A program made the position numbers and the translations under genes. The notes beneath the pieces were generated by a model, which was not told the origin of the DNA, ran no database searches, and saw only the letters and a list, made by a program, of their open reading frames with translations. Of a stretch of 43,760 nucleotides of DNA, positions 26,928 to 37,900 are shown piece after piece. Each line of letters starts with the position of its first letter. Position 1 is the first letter of the stretch. This DNA is from a virus. Its lineage: Duplodnaviria; Caudoviricetes. The DNA lies in IMG/VR virus record IMGVR_UViG_3300032250_000760, positions 1 through 43,760 of that record. One strand, written 5' to 3'.

Positions 26928-28069
26928 ATAGTTTAACTTCTGTATTAAAAAGTCCCAGTGTATGGACTGGCAAAGACGGAGTTACTTCTGTAACAGGCCT
27001 GTTAAAAAATTCACCTTTGCAAGATAAAATACAACTAGGACTGATTAAATCCAGCTACGACACTTTGGTTCAAACAGGACAAATTGTAACTCCGGGCACA
27101 GATAAAAAGGCCCCCACCGGGCAACTGTACAATGCAGCGGCCAATGCTGGAAAAAGTTTAGTGTCAGCCACTGCTGGTCTAGTATCAGCCCCTAAAGAAT
27201 TAAGTAATTTGCCCACTGCCGGATTAAGCAACATTGCGGGCAATTTAACAGGCGCGGCTGGCAAGCTAACTGGTGCATTAAGTGGTGGACTATCTGGTGC
27301 TGCCGGTGCATTAAGTGGTGGACTATCTGGTGCTGCCGGTGCATTAAGTGGTGGACTATCTGGCGCATTAAAAAATAATATTACCGGCAATTTACCCAAT
27401 GTTTCGTCGTTGGCCAACAGAGGTACAGCAGAACTTGGCGGCCTACTAGCAAATGCAAGTAAGTTTGGTGTTGGCAATGCAGTGGCCTGGGCCAAAGGTG
27501 CAGCCGGTACAGCAGGTGCAGCGGCCGGGGCGGCCGGTAGTGTGCTTGGCGGTGCAATTAATCGATTGTCCGGCGCTGGACTGCCTAAAACTCAGATGGA
27601 CTCGTTGGCCAAACAAGGTCAGTTTGCAGTCAACTTCAGTGACTTTAAATTGCCTGCTGCTGTAGCCGGCATTGTGCCAGCAGCTGGCTTTAAAGGAACC
27701 ATTGACAGATCTACGCTAAACGCCGCAACTGGTAAACTGATTGGTAGCGATAAAATATCCTTGCCAAACTTCAGCCCTCAGTCTATTGACACTTCCGCAT
27801 TGACTGGTGCTGCCAGCAAAGCCAAAGGACTACTGTCGGGCGGACTAGATGCCGGCGGCCTATTGTCCAAAGCCCGTGGTGCATTAGGTGGGCTGACAGC
27901 AGGCAGCATAGGTGGATTAGCAGGCGGTGCACTGGGCAGCACAGCCGGTAAACTAACTGGTGCATTAAGCACAGCTTACTCTGGAACAGATTCAAATTTA
28001 CTCAGCAGAGTTGGTCGATCGCCTGATTCACTGCTGGCAGCAGTTAAATCCAATATTAAAATAGGTTAA
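26924..28069 (+). CDS. Gly/Ala-rich baseplate-associated protein
   Basis: ATGA overlap with AGGA RBS; starts LKSPSVWTGKDG; long G/A/L/S repeats. Confidence 0.65.
   Translation: MNSLTSVLKSPSVWTGKDGVTSVTGLLKNSPLQDKIQLGLIKSSYDTLVQTGQIVTPGTDKKAPTGQLYNAAANAGKSLVSATAGLVSAPKELSNLPTAGLSNIAGNLTGAAGKLTGALSGGLSGAAGALSGGLSGAAGALSGGLSGALKNNITGNLPNVSSLANRGTAELGGLLANASKFGVGNAVAWAKGAAGTAGAAAGAAGSVLGGAINRLSGAGLPKTQMDSLAKQGQFAVNFSDFKLPAAVAGIVPAAGFKGTIDRSTLNAATGKLIGSDKISLPNFSPQSIDTSALTGAASKAKGLLSGGLDAGGLLSKARGALGGLTAGSIGGLAGGALGSTAGKLTGALSTAYSGTDSNLLSRVGRSPDSLLAAVKSNIKIG
27272..27363 (+). repeat. Perfect 33-bp coding tandem repeat, about 2.8 copies (GALSGGLSGAA)
   Basis: ggtgcattaagtggtggactatctggtgctgcc at 27272 and 27305, partial copy at 27338. 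Confidence 0.95.
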
Positions 28070-28077
28070 ATACTGCC

Positions 28078-28452
28078 ATGACAACATTCATAGGTTTCAA
28101 CACAATTGGGCAAACAAAAAAGTTTACTCTGGTAGACTTTGAGTTAGTCAAACGCGACTTGCTAAATGCATTCAACATACAGCAAGGTCAGCTGGTGGGT
28201 CGCCCTGGCTACGGCACAATAATCTGGAGTTATCTGTTTGAAAATCAAACACAAGACACTGAACGTGCAATATTGGCTGAAATACAGCGTGTGGCCAGCT
28301 TGGATCCAAGAATCTATATTGAATCTGCTGAACTGTTTCCCCAGGACGAAGGCATATTGGTACAAATTGAACTGATGATGGTGCCAGGCCAGACCACAGA
28401 GTTCTTGACACTGTACTTTGATCAACAAACTCGCACTGCCAGCTACGCCTAA
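28078..28452 (+). CDS. gp25: Baseplate wedge subunit (gp25-like)
   Basis: VKRDLLNAF...G....RPGYGTIIW.YLFE...DPRI pattern. Confidence 0.9.
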   Translation: MTTFIGFNTIGQTKKFTLVDFELVKRDLLNAFNIQQGQLVGRPGYGTIIWSYLFENQTQDTERAILAEIQRVASLDPRIYIESAELFPQDEGILVQIELMMVPGQTTEFLTLYFDQQTRTASYA

Positions 28453-28466
28453 ACATAAACTGGGCG

Positions 28467-28487
28467 GTTTATTTTTGCCATAAATAA
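28467..28487 (+). promoter_or_regulatory. Late promoter with extended upstream motif (copy 2)
   Basis: gtttatttttgccATAAATAa upstream of gp6; overlaps hairpin ataaac-tgggcg-gtttat (28455-28472). Confidence 0.65.
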
Positions 28488-28505
28488 CCTACAAGATGGA
28501 TTATT

Positions 28506-31500
28506 ATGGCAAAAACTACTAGACAAACCACGGTATTTGGTGTAGAGGATTGGAAAAGAATCTACCAGACCTACCGCGAAGCCGACTTCCAAAGCTATGA
28601 CTTTGAAACTCTGCGTAAGAGTTTTGTTGATTACATACGACTATACTACCCAGAAACATTCAATGACTATATTGAATCAAGTGAATTTATTGCCTTGCTG
28701 GATGTTATGGCATTCATGGGTCAGTCATTGGCCTTCCGCACAGACCTAAACACACGCGAAAACTACCTGGACACTGCTGAACGTAGAGACAGTGTTGTCA
28801 AGCTGGCCAACCTGGTAGGCTATACTCCCAAGCGCAACACAGAAGCGTCGGGCTATCTTAAAGTATTTTCAATTCAAACTACAGAAAACATAGTTGACTA
28901 CAACGGCATCAACTTGGCCAACATCACAGTAAACTGGGCTGACCCAACAAACTTTGATTGGCAAGAACAGTTCACTGCTATTATAAATGCTGCCTTGGTC
29001 AATACACAACGCTACGGACGTCCCGGCAATAGAACCACCATCAACGGAATCCGCACAGACGAATATACCATTAACCTATTACCGGGATTTCTGCCAGTGA
29101 TTCCGTACAGCTCTGTTATTGATGGTGTCAATATGCCGTTTGAAGCAGTGAGTAGCACAGCCAGTGGTCGTGGGTATGTGTATGAACCCAGTCCTCGTCC
29201 CAATGGTCAATTCAACATGTTGTTCCGTAACGACCAGTTGGGATTTGCTTCTGCCAACACAGGATTTTTCTTTTTGTTCAAACAAGGCGTGTTGCAAAAT
29301 CAAGATTTTAATCTGCCAGAACGCATTGCCAACCGCGCAGTCAACATCAACATTGAAGGTGTCAACAACACAGACCGTTGGTTATATCAGTTAGACAACG
29401 TTGGTTCTATTGCTAGAGAATGGGAATTTGTTGAAAGTGTCTACACTGCCGCAGTTGAACAGCAGACTGCACTGCGCCCATTGTATTCAGTGACCAGTAG
29501 AGCCAGTGATCAAATCACCATGAACTTTGGTGATGGTGTGTTCTCTGAGATTCCTGTTGGCCTGTTCCGTGCCTACGTTCGTGCATCAAACGGATTGCAA
29601 TACATTATCAATCCAGAAGAAATGCAAAATGTTTTGCTCAGCATCAGCTATGTAAGTCGTTCTGGGCAGCTAGAAACAATGACTCTGAACTGCGGCATCA
29701 CTGAACCGGTGAGCAATGCTTTGGCCCGTGAAACACTGGACGAGATCAAGCAACGTGCTCCTGCCAGGTACTATACACAGAACCGCATGGTCAACGGCGA
29801 GGACTACAACAACTTTCCGTTCACAGCTTACAATTCAATTATCAAAAGCAAGGCCCTGAATCGTGCAAGTATTGGCACCAGTAGATACTTGGATCTAGTG
29901 GACAACACTGGAAAATATTCTTCCACCAATACATTTGGCAGCGATGGTGCCCTGTACGAATACAATGATTTGCCCACGTTCCTGTTCAGTTGGTTAACCA
30001 CCAATGAAATCAGTGATGTAATTACCAACCGAGTTGAAGTGACGTTGACCAGTGATGCTGCTCGACAGTTTTACTATGCTAACTATCCGCGACCTTCTCT
30101 TTCTGCACTGGCAGTGAGTTGGAATCAAAGCACTACTTTGGCCAATGAAACTACCGGTTACTTTAAAAATTCTGCTGGCAACCCAGTGTCGCTGGGCATC
30201 TACGCCAGTAACAACATGAAGTATGTGCAGACCGGCAGCTTGATTAAATTTGTAGCACCCACCGGCTATTACTTTGACGCCAACAATCGATTGGTACTGG
30301 GAGTTCCTACTCGTGCAGATGAAAAATTAATAATCTGGGCCGCAGCCACAGCCATCTATCTTGACGGTACAAACCAAGGAGCAGGCAATTTCAGCAACGG
30401 TGTTGGTCCAGTGGTACTCAACAACTATGTGCCCACTGGCGCAATATGTAATCTAGTTATTCCGTTGTTCCTGACCGATCTTGGCAGCGATGTTCGCAGC
30501 AGTGCTCTGCAACAGATTGAGTTGTATCGCAATTTTGGTCTAGGTTACAACAACTTGACCAATACATGGTATGTGATCACATCAACCAACCTGGCAGTTG
30601 ACGCAGACTGGAGTCAAACATTTGCCGGCGACACGTCTGGGGCAAATCTTGATGCCAGCTGGTTTGTGCAGTTTATCACTGACGGTGAATCATACACAGT
30701 TACTTCTCGAGCACTGAACTACTATTTTGGCAGTGTGTTACAAACACGATTTTTCTTCTACGGCGACGAGCAGATCTATGACAGTCGCACCGGCACAACC
30801 ATACGAGACTTTGTTAAGGTTTTAAAAACCAACAGCAGACCAGATTCAAACTTGCCGTTGGAAACTGATGTTACCATGCGTATCATTGATCAACCAGTGC
30901 AGCCCGATGGCTATGTGGACGATTATCAAGTGTTGGTGTCATGGCAAGACAGTGATGCCGATGGTGTTCCAGACGATCCTGATTTCTTTGATACCATTGT
31001 TGCACCCAACGCCAATGCACTGACCAAACGAGTATTTTTTCAGCAGGTGGTAGACTTTGACAATCTTGAAAGATATCTGTTGGTTGAGCCTGGCATAGTC
31101 AACGATCAATACGCTACACTTGATGATATCGAAGTGGAAAAAGCACAGTACATAGTTGGCCAGGTATTTTATGCCTACGGAGTCTACAACAGCACAACCA
31201 ACTCCTACACTACTGAGCCGGCTTTTTATGTGCTGGCACTGACAGCCACAGGTACCACTACTTTGATCACTACCTCTGAGTACATAACTCGAGTTGGGCG
31301 CCAAGGCCTGTATTTTCAATATCGACACAACAGTCCACTGACCAATCGAATTGATCCTGGATCAACCAATATCATTGACATATATGTTGTCACACAGGCC
31401 TATTACACAGCTTATCGAAATTACATCGTGGACTCAACTGGCACAATTCCCATGCCTGACGTTCCTACCATTGACACCTTGACAGCTGAGTACTCTGCGC

Positions 31501-31940
31501 TACAAGACTATAAAATGATTTCAGACAATATGATCATTAACTCTGTGACATTCAAGCCGTTGTTTGGAGCCAAGGCAGCAGCACAGTTGCGAGCAACAAT
31601 CAAAGTCATTCGTGCCAGCGGATCCACTGCATCAGTGAGTGAAATCAAGAGCCTGGTAGTGGCCAATATCAACAGTTATTTTGCAATTGAAAATTGGAAT
31701 TTTGGCGACACGTTCTACTTCTCAGAGCTGTCAGGATATCTACATCAGAATATTGGTGATATTGTGAGTTCAGTGGTATTGGTTCCGTTGAACCCGCAAA
31801 AGAGTTTTGGCGACCTGTATGAAATTAGGTCTGCTCCAAATGAAATTTTTGTCAATGCTGCCACAGTGGCGGATATTCAAGTGATCGAAGCATTGACCAG
31901 CACAAACCTTAGAACTGCCCCAGGCAGCGGAGTGATTTAA
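28506..31940 (+). CDS. gp6: Baseplate wedge subunit (gp6-like), enlarged
   Basis: DFETLRKS, FNDYIESS, ENYLDTAERRDSV..LA..VGY.PKR, FGDGVF..IP, ETLDEIKQRAP..YYTQNRMVNGEDY. Confidence 0.9.
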   Translation: MAKTTRQTTVFGVEDWKRIYQTYREADFQSYDFETLRKSFVDYIRLYYPETFNDYIESSEFIALLDVMAFMGQSLAFRTDLNTRENYLDTAERRDSVVKLANLVGYTPKRNTEASGYLKVFSIQTTENIVDYNGINLANITVNWADPTNFDWQEQFTAIINAALVNTQRYGRPGNRTTINGIRTDEYTINLLPGFLPVIPYSSVIDGVNMPFEAVSSTASGRGYVYEPSPRPNGQFNMLFRNDQLGFASANTGFFFLFKQGVLQNQDFNLPERIANRAVNINIEGVNNTDRWLYQLDNVGSIAREWEFVESVYTAAVEQQTALRPLYSVTSRASDQITMNFGDGVFSEIPVGLFRAYVRASNGLQYIINPEEMQNVLLSISYVSRSGQLETMTLNCGITEPVSNALARETLDEIKQRAPARYYTQNRMVNGEDYNNFPFTAYNSIIKSKALNRASIGTSRYLDLVDNTGKYSSTNTFGSDGALYEYNDLPTFLFSWLTTNEISDVITNRVEVTLTSDAARQFYYANYPRPSLSALAVSWNQSTTLANETTGYFKNSAGNPVSLGIYASNNMKYVQTGSLIKFVAPTGYYFDANNRLVLGVPTRADEKLIIWAAATAIYLDGTNQGAGNFSNGVGPVVLNNYVPTGAICNLVIPLFLTDLGSDVRSSALQQIELYRNFGLGYNNLTNTWYVITSTNLAVDADWSQTFAGDTSGANLDASWFVQFITDGESYTVTSRALNYYFGSVLQTRFFFYGDEQIYDSRTGTTIRDFVKVLKTNSRPDSNLPLETDVTMRIIDQPVQPDGYVDDYQVLVSWQDSDADGVPDDPDFFDTIVAPNANALTKRVFFQQVVDFDNLERYLLVEPGIVNDQYATLDDIEVEKAQYIVGQVFYAYGVYNSTTNSYTTEPAFYVLALTATGTTTLITTSEYITRVGRQGLYFQYRHNSPLTNRIDPGSTNIIDIYVVTQAYYTAYRNYIVDSTGTIPMPDVPTIDTLTAEYSALQDYKMISDNMIINSVTFKPLFGAKAAAQLRATIKVIRASGSTASVSEIKSLVVANINSYFAIENWNFGDTFYFSELSGYLHQNIGDIVSSVVLVPLNPQKSFGDLYEIRSAPNEIFVNAATVADIQVIEALTSTNLRTAPGSGVI

Positions 31941-34900
31941 TGGCCAAAGTAAGAACGGTAGATTTTTTACCTGAAATATTTCAAACATCCACTAACAAGC
32001 AGTTCTTATCGGCTACACTGGATCAGCTGGTTCAAGAACCCAAGTTTAAAAAGACTCAGGGCTATGTTGGTCGACGAGTGGGCCCAGGAGTCAATGCCGA
32101 CGACAAATATGTGGTTGAGCCAACTGACAGTCGCACTGATTATCAGCTGGAGCCTGGTGTTGTTTTTAGAAAAATTGATTCTGACGCTGTCAAAGATGTT
32201 GTCACTTATCCTGGCATCACGGATGCATTGTCTACGCAAGGTGCAGTGGTTGATCAAAGCGAGCGACTGTACACCAGCGAGTACTATACCTGGGACCCGC
32301 AAATTGACTTTGATAAGTTTGTAAATTACAGTCAATACTATTGGCTGCCAGATGGTCCACTGGCCGTAAGTGTAGGCGGCACAACAATTCCAATCCAGGC
32401 CGAATACACTGTGACCAGAACCAACGGCGTATACAATTTTTCTGGGTACATTGGAGACAATCCCACACTGACTCTGTTACGCAATGGCAATTACACATTC
32501 AATGTAGCACAAAATTCTAAAGAAACAGTAAACTATCGAGTCACTGCCAGCAGCACAGCATCGTACATTATTGATTACATGCCAAACCCAGCACTGACAC
32601 TGGTACGTGGCAACACCTATGTGTTTAATCTAAATCTCGATGTAGTGTCTCCATTCTGGATCAAAACAGCACCAACTCAAGGTCGTACCGATCCCTACAA
32701 CACGGGAGTGAGTCGCAATGGTGCAAACACTGGAAATATCACATTCACTGTGCCACAGGATGCACCTGACACTTTGTACTACGCCAGTGAAACACAGTTC
32801 AACATGCAGGGACAGTTGACCATTGTTGACGGAACTCCTGGCACTGGACCAGGATTTTGGATTCAGGCCGAACCTGGTGTTGATGGCGTATTACCTTGGT
32901 CACCCAACATTTCCAGTAGAGATGTGCTGGGTGTAATCAACAACGGCGAAGATCTTGGCACAGTGGAATTCGATGTGCCCTTGAGCACTGCACAGAGTTT
33001 TTACTACGGCTTGACCAGCATCGGCAGTGTTGATTTGGCCACCAACCTCACATTCAGTCAGATCAACAATGTGTTTGTGTCTGAGTTTTTTGCCAACTAC
33101 CCGACTGGCATTGATGGCATAACCAACCTAGATGGGCGCACTGTGGTGTTTCTTAACACCAGCAACGATGTTGATGCAGACAGCTGGGAAAATATCAGCC
33201 AGTATGATCCATTGCTACCGGGTCAACAAGGCTTGGGCGGATTTGATACCACTACATTTGCTCAGGCTGTTCCATTGTCACAGAATCAACGTTACAGTGT
33301 GTGGCAAATAAACTATGTGACCACATCTGGAGGTCAACAGTATATACAATTGACCGAGTCACGGTCAGTGACCAATCTGGAAAAATTTACCATTGCATTT
33401 GGAATCCAATATTCCAACACTGGCTGGTATAAAAATGCTTCCGGGTACTTTGAAGAAATTCCTTTGTTGACCGCAGTAAAAGATGTGTTGTACTACCAAG
33501 ACGGCACTGATCCTGGTATTTTTGGACAGATACGTCTGCTGGACCAGACCAACGCAACCACCACTTACATCAGTGACATAATTGGAAAACCCAACTACAT
33601 AAGTTCAAACGGTGTTACATTTACCAACGGTCTCAAGGTACAATTCCGCGGCACCACAGTGCCTGCCGAATACGAAAATCAAGAATACTATGTTGAAGGT
33701 GTGGGTACTGCGATCCGACTATTGCCAGTGGGCAATTTTATAACTCCTGAGCCGTTCACTCAAAATTCTCCTGTTCCCTACGACAGCTTGCCGTTTGACA
33801 TTGGAAACTACGATTACACATTGAACATGCCGCTGCTGCCGGAGTACCTTACCATCAACCGTGCCAGCCCGGATCTTAATGCATGGTCACGCGGCAATCG
33901 CTGGTTTCACATTGATGTAATTACCGCTGCCGCAGCCTACAACAACACAGTGCCGGTGTTGAACAATCTACAACGAGCCAAACGTCCTATTATTGAATTT
34001 TATGCAGGCACACAGTTATATCAGTTTGGCAGCCAAGGCATACAGCCAGTTAATATTGTAGACTTTGAAGAAACAGATGCAATGAGCAACATCAATGGCT
34101 CATTGGGCTACAGTGTTGATGGATATTCATTTGTTCAAGGTACTCGAGTTATCTTTGCAGCAGACACTAATCCGCAAGTTAGAAATAAAGTTTATGAAGT
34201 AACCTTTATTAAACCTGACACACAATCGCCAATAATTGCACAGCCAATTATCAACTTGGTTCCGGCTGCAGATGCCGAAGCACTGGTCAATCAAACAGTG
34301 GTCAATCTCAATGGCCTGACACAACAAGGAATCAGTTATTATTTTGACGGTGTTGAATGGAAGTACGCCCAACAGAAAACAAAAACAAACCAAGCACCGT
34401 TGTTCGAGGTGTATGATTCCGCTGGTGTCAGCTTTAGCGACACTACCAAATATCCCAGTACTACCTTTGCCGGCACCAAATTGTTCAGCTATGCTGTTGG
34501 TACCGGAGTAGCCGACACTGTGTTGGGTGTGCCACTGCGCTACCTAAGTTTAAACAACATTGGTGATATTGTGTTTGATAATAATTTCTACACAGACACC
34601 TTTATCTATGTGGTTGGCAACACTGCAATTACAGAAAACGTAAGTGCAGGCTTTGCGTATCAATACAGCAATCGTGTTGCATACGAGCGACAATTGGGTT
34701 GGAAAGTTGGCGCAACTCCCAGTTTGATTAGACAGCAGTTCCAGTTCACTTACGACGGAAGCCCGCTGAGATTCAACATTGCTATACCTGAAAATTCTGT
34801 GGTTCCGGCCATGCAACTGTATGTGGGTAGCAAATTTGTGTTGCCATCTGAATATACTGTTACTCGTACCAGTACCACTACCACAGTGGTACTGAACAAT

Positions 34901-37900
34901 ATCTATACTCCAGGATCAATAATTGAAGTGCAGGTATTGAGTAATCAGCCCAGTGACAACGGGTTCTTCCAGGTGCCTATCAACTTGGCAAACAATCCTT
35001 TCAACGTCAACAGTCCTGACTTCACACTGGGCACAGTAAGGTCACACTACGAAAGCATTGCGCAAAATCTAATAAATTTTGCCGGCGACATCAACGGCCC
35101 CAACAACACTCGCGACCTAGGCAACATTGGTCGTTACGGCACAGTTATCCTGCAACAAAGTGCGCCCATGACGCTGGCAGGTTTCTTCATGCGCAGCAGC
35201 GAATACAATGTTTTTAAATCATTGGAATTCAACGATAGAGAATACAACAAGTTTAAAAATAGAATGTTGGAAAATGCCATTCGCAGTGAATGGGGCACAA
35301 TGACCACTAGTGAGATTCTTGACAGCATTGTGACAGATCTCAACACTGGCAAAACAAATCTAAACAGTTTTTTCTACAGCGACATGCTGCCAAGCAGCAA
35401 TGTCTATACTGATACTGTTTACACTGTATCTCCAATCACCACTGGCACTTTTAACACACTGCAAACTTACGATTTTACGTCTGCTAACTTTTTAGGACTG
35501 TTGGTATATCTAAACGATAGGTTATTAACTTTAAATTACGATTATACAGTGTCGTCTGACAGTCCGTTGATCACTGTCACAGTTGCCTTGTCTGTGGGCG
35601 ATACTGTTACTGTTCGAGAATATGCCACTACCACTGGCAACTTTGTGCCCAACACTCCTACCAAAATGGGACTGTATGCTGCCTACAAACCTGAAATGTT
35701 CTTGGACGAAAACTATGTGAGACCAATCATGGTCATTCGCGGACACGACGGCAGCATCACTGCGGCCTTTGGCGATATTCGCGACGACATCCTGTTGGAA
35801 TTTGAACACAGAATTTTCAACAACTTAAAGACTGAAGGCAATCCAGTTCCACTGACGCCAGAAGAAGTGATTCCTGGCTATTTCCGCACCACTGATTACA
35901 CACAGCAAGAAATTACCACTATCTTGGGCGAGAGCTTTTTGACCTGGATTGGGCAGAACAAGATAGATTACAAAACTCAACAATATCTTGCTGACAATGC
36001 GTTCACTTACAACTACAGTCAAGCCGGCGACAAAGAAAAAAATCTACCCTTGTTGGGTGCCTGGCGCGGCATCAGCAGATATTTCTATGACACACTGAAT
36101 CCCAATTACACGCCTTGGGAAATGCTGGGTTTCTCACAACAGCCTACCTGGTGGGAAACTCGTTACGGTCCTGCACCCTATACACAAGACAACTTGGTGC
36201 TGTGGGACGACATCCAAGCCGGCTTTGTGGCAGACCCAGATGGTCCTTATGTTGATCCTAGATTTGTAAGACCAAATCTATCAACCTACTTTATACCAAC
36301 TGGCACAGAAGGTCAATTGTTGGCACCAATCAACAGTGTTGTAGGCCAATATGATCCCAACGCTTGGCGAAAGAGTTGGGTAGTAGGCGACGGCGGTCCA
36401 GCCGAAGCTGCCTGGTGGACCAGCAGCAGCTATCCATTTGCTGTGATGCGATTGTTGGCATTGACACGCCCGGCAAAATTCTTCAGCCTGTTTGCAGATC
36501 GAGATCTGTACAAGTACAACACGGAATTTGATCAATATCTCTACAACGGTCGTTACAGACTGGATGCCAACGGAGTACAAGTCTATGGCGGTCATATCAA
36601 CGCAGTAACTGGTGCAGTTATTCCAGTCAGCAAGGCCAGTTACATCAACTGGATTGTAGATTACAATCAGCAGTTGGGTATTAATTCAACTCTAACGCTG
36701 GAAGCAGTATTGTCAAATCTTGATGTAAGACTGTGCTGGAGAACCGGCAGCTTTACTGACAAGCAATATCTCAAAATCTACACTGAACGATCAAGTCCCA
36801 ACAGTTTGAACTCAAGTCTGCTGTTGCCAGATGAAAGCTACGACTTGATGCTGTATAAAAACTCACCGTTCAGCTCAGTGGCCTACAGTGCAGTGATTGT
36901 TCAGATCACTGATGCTGGATATGCAGTACTGGGTTATAGCACTACAGATCCCTACTTTAATATTTTTGCAAGTCGTGCCAATGGGCAGTTGCAAACAGTC
37001 AGTGCTGGCGGTTCTACAGTGCGTGTACCCAAGCAGTACACCAATGACATTGTGCAGGTACCCTATGGATTTGTATTTGCAAATCAGTCATCAGTGGTAG
37101 ATTTTCTACTGAGCTATGGCGAATACTTGAAATATCAGGGCATGGTGTTTGACACTAGAGAAAATGGCTATACTCTGGACTGGAAACAGATGGCCAATGA
37201 GTTTCTCTACTGGGCCAACCAAGGCTGGAACACCAACAGCTTGATCAACCTGAATCCGGCTGCAATTCAATTGACTGCAGAACGTCCTGGCGCAGTGGTC
37301 GACAACATCACTGTACAAAATCCAGAAAACATGTTGCTGGATCAAAACCGTACTCCGTTTGATGCTAGAAATCTCATAATTGAACGTTTGGAAAATAGAT
37401 TCACTGTGACCAGTGCAAACAATCAGTCGATTGCCTATGCAAAAATACAGTTTGTTAGCTATGAAAATCTTGTGGTACTCAACAACGTCAGTATTTTTGC
37501 TGACTTGATTTACAATCCTGCTACCGGAGCACGACAGAATCGTGTGTATGTGACAGCATTTACCACAACCGAGTGGAACGGAACACTGGATGCACAGGGC
37601 TTTGTGCTGAACCAAGACAACGTGCAGTTGTGGGCACCAAACCGCAAGTACGCCAAAGGCGAAATTGTCAACTACAAAAACAACTACTGGTCTGCACAGA
37701 GCATCATTCAGCCCAAGTTGGAATTTGCCTATGCTGACTGGGTCAAGAGTGACTATACCAAAATACAAAAAGGTCTCTTGCCCAACATTGCCAACAAGGC
37801 AGACCAATTGGCCAACAGCTATGACACACAAACTGCCAACCTTGAAAGCGACAACGATCTATTGAGCTATGGCCTGATTGGTTTCCAGCCAAGAGAGTAC

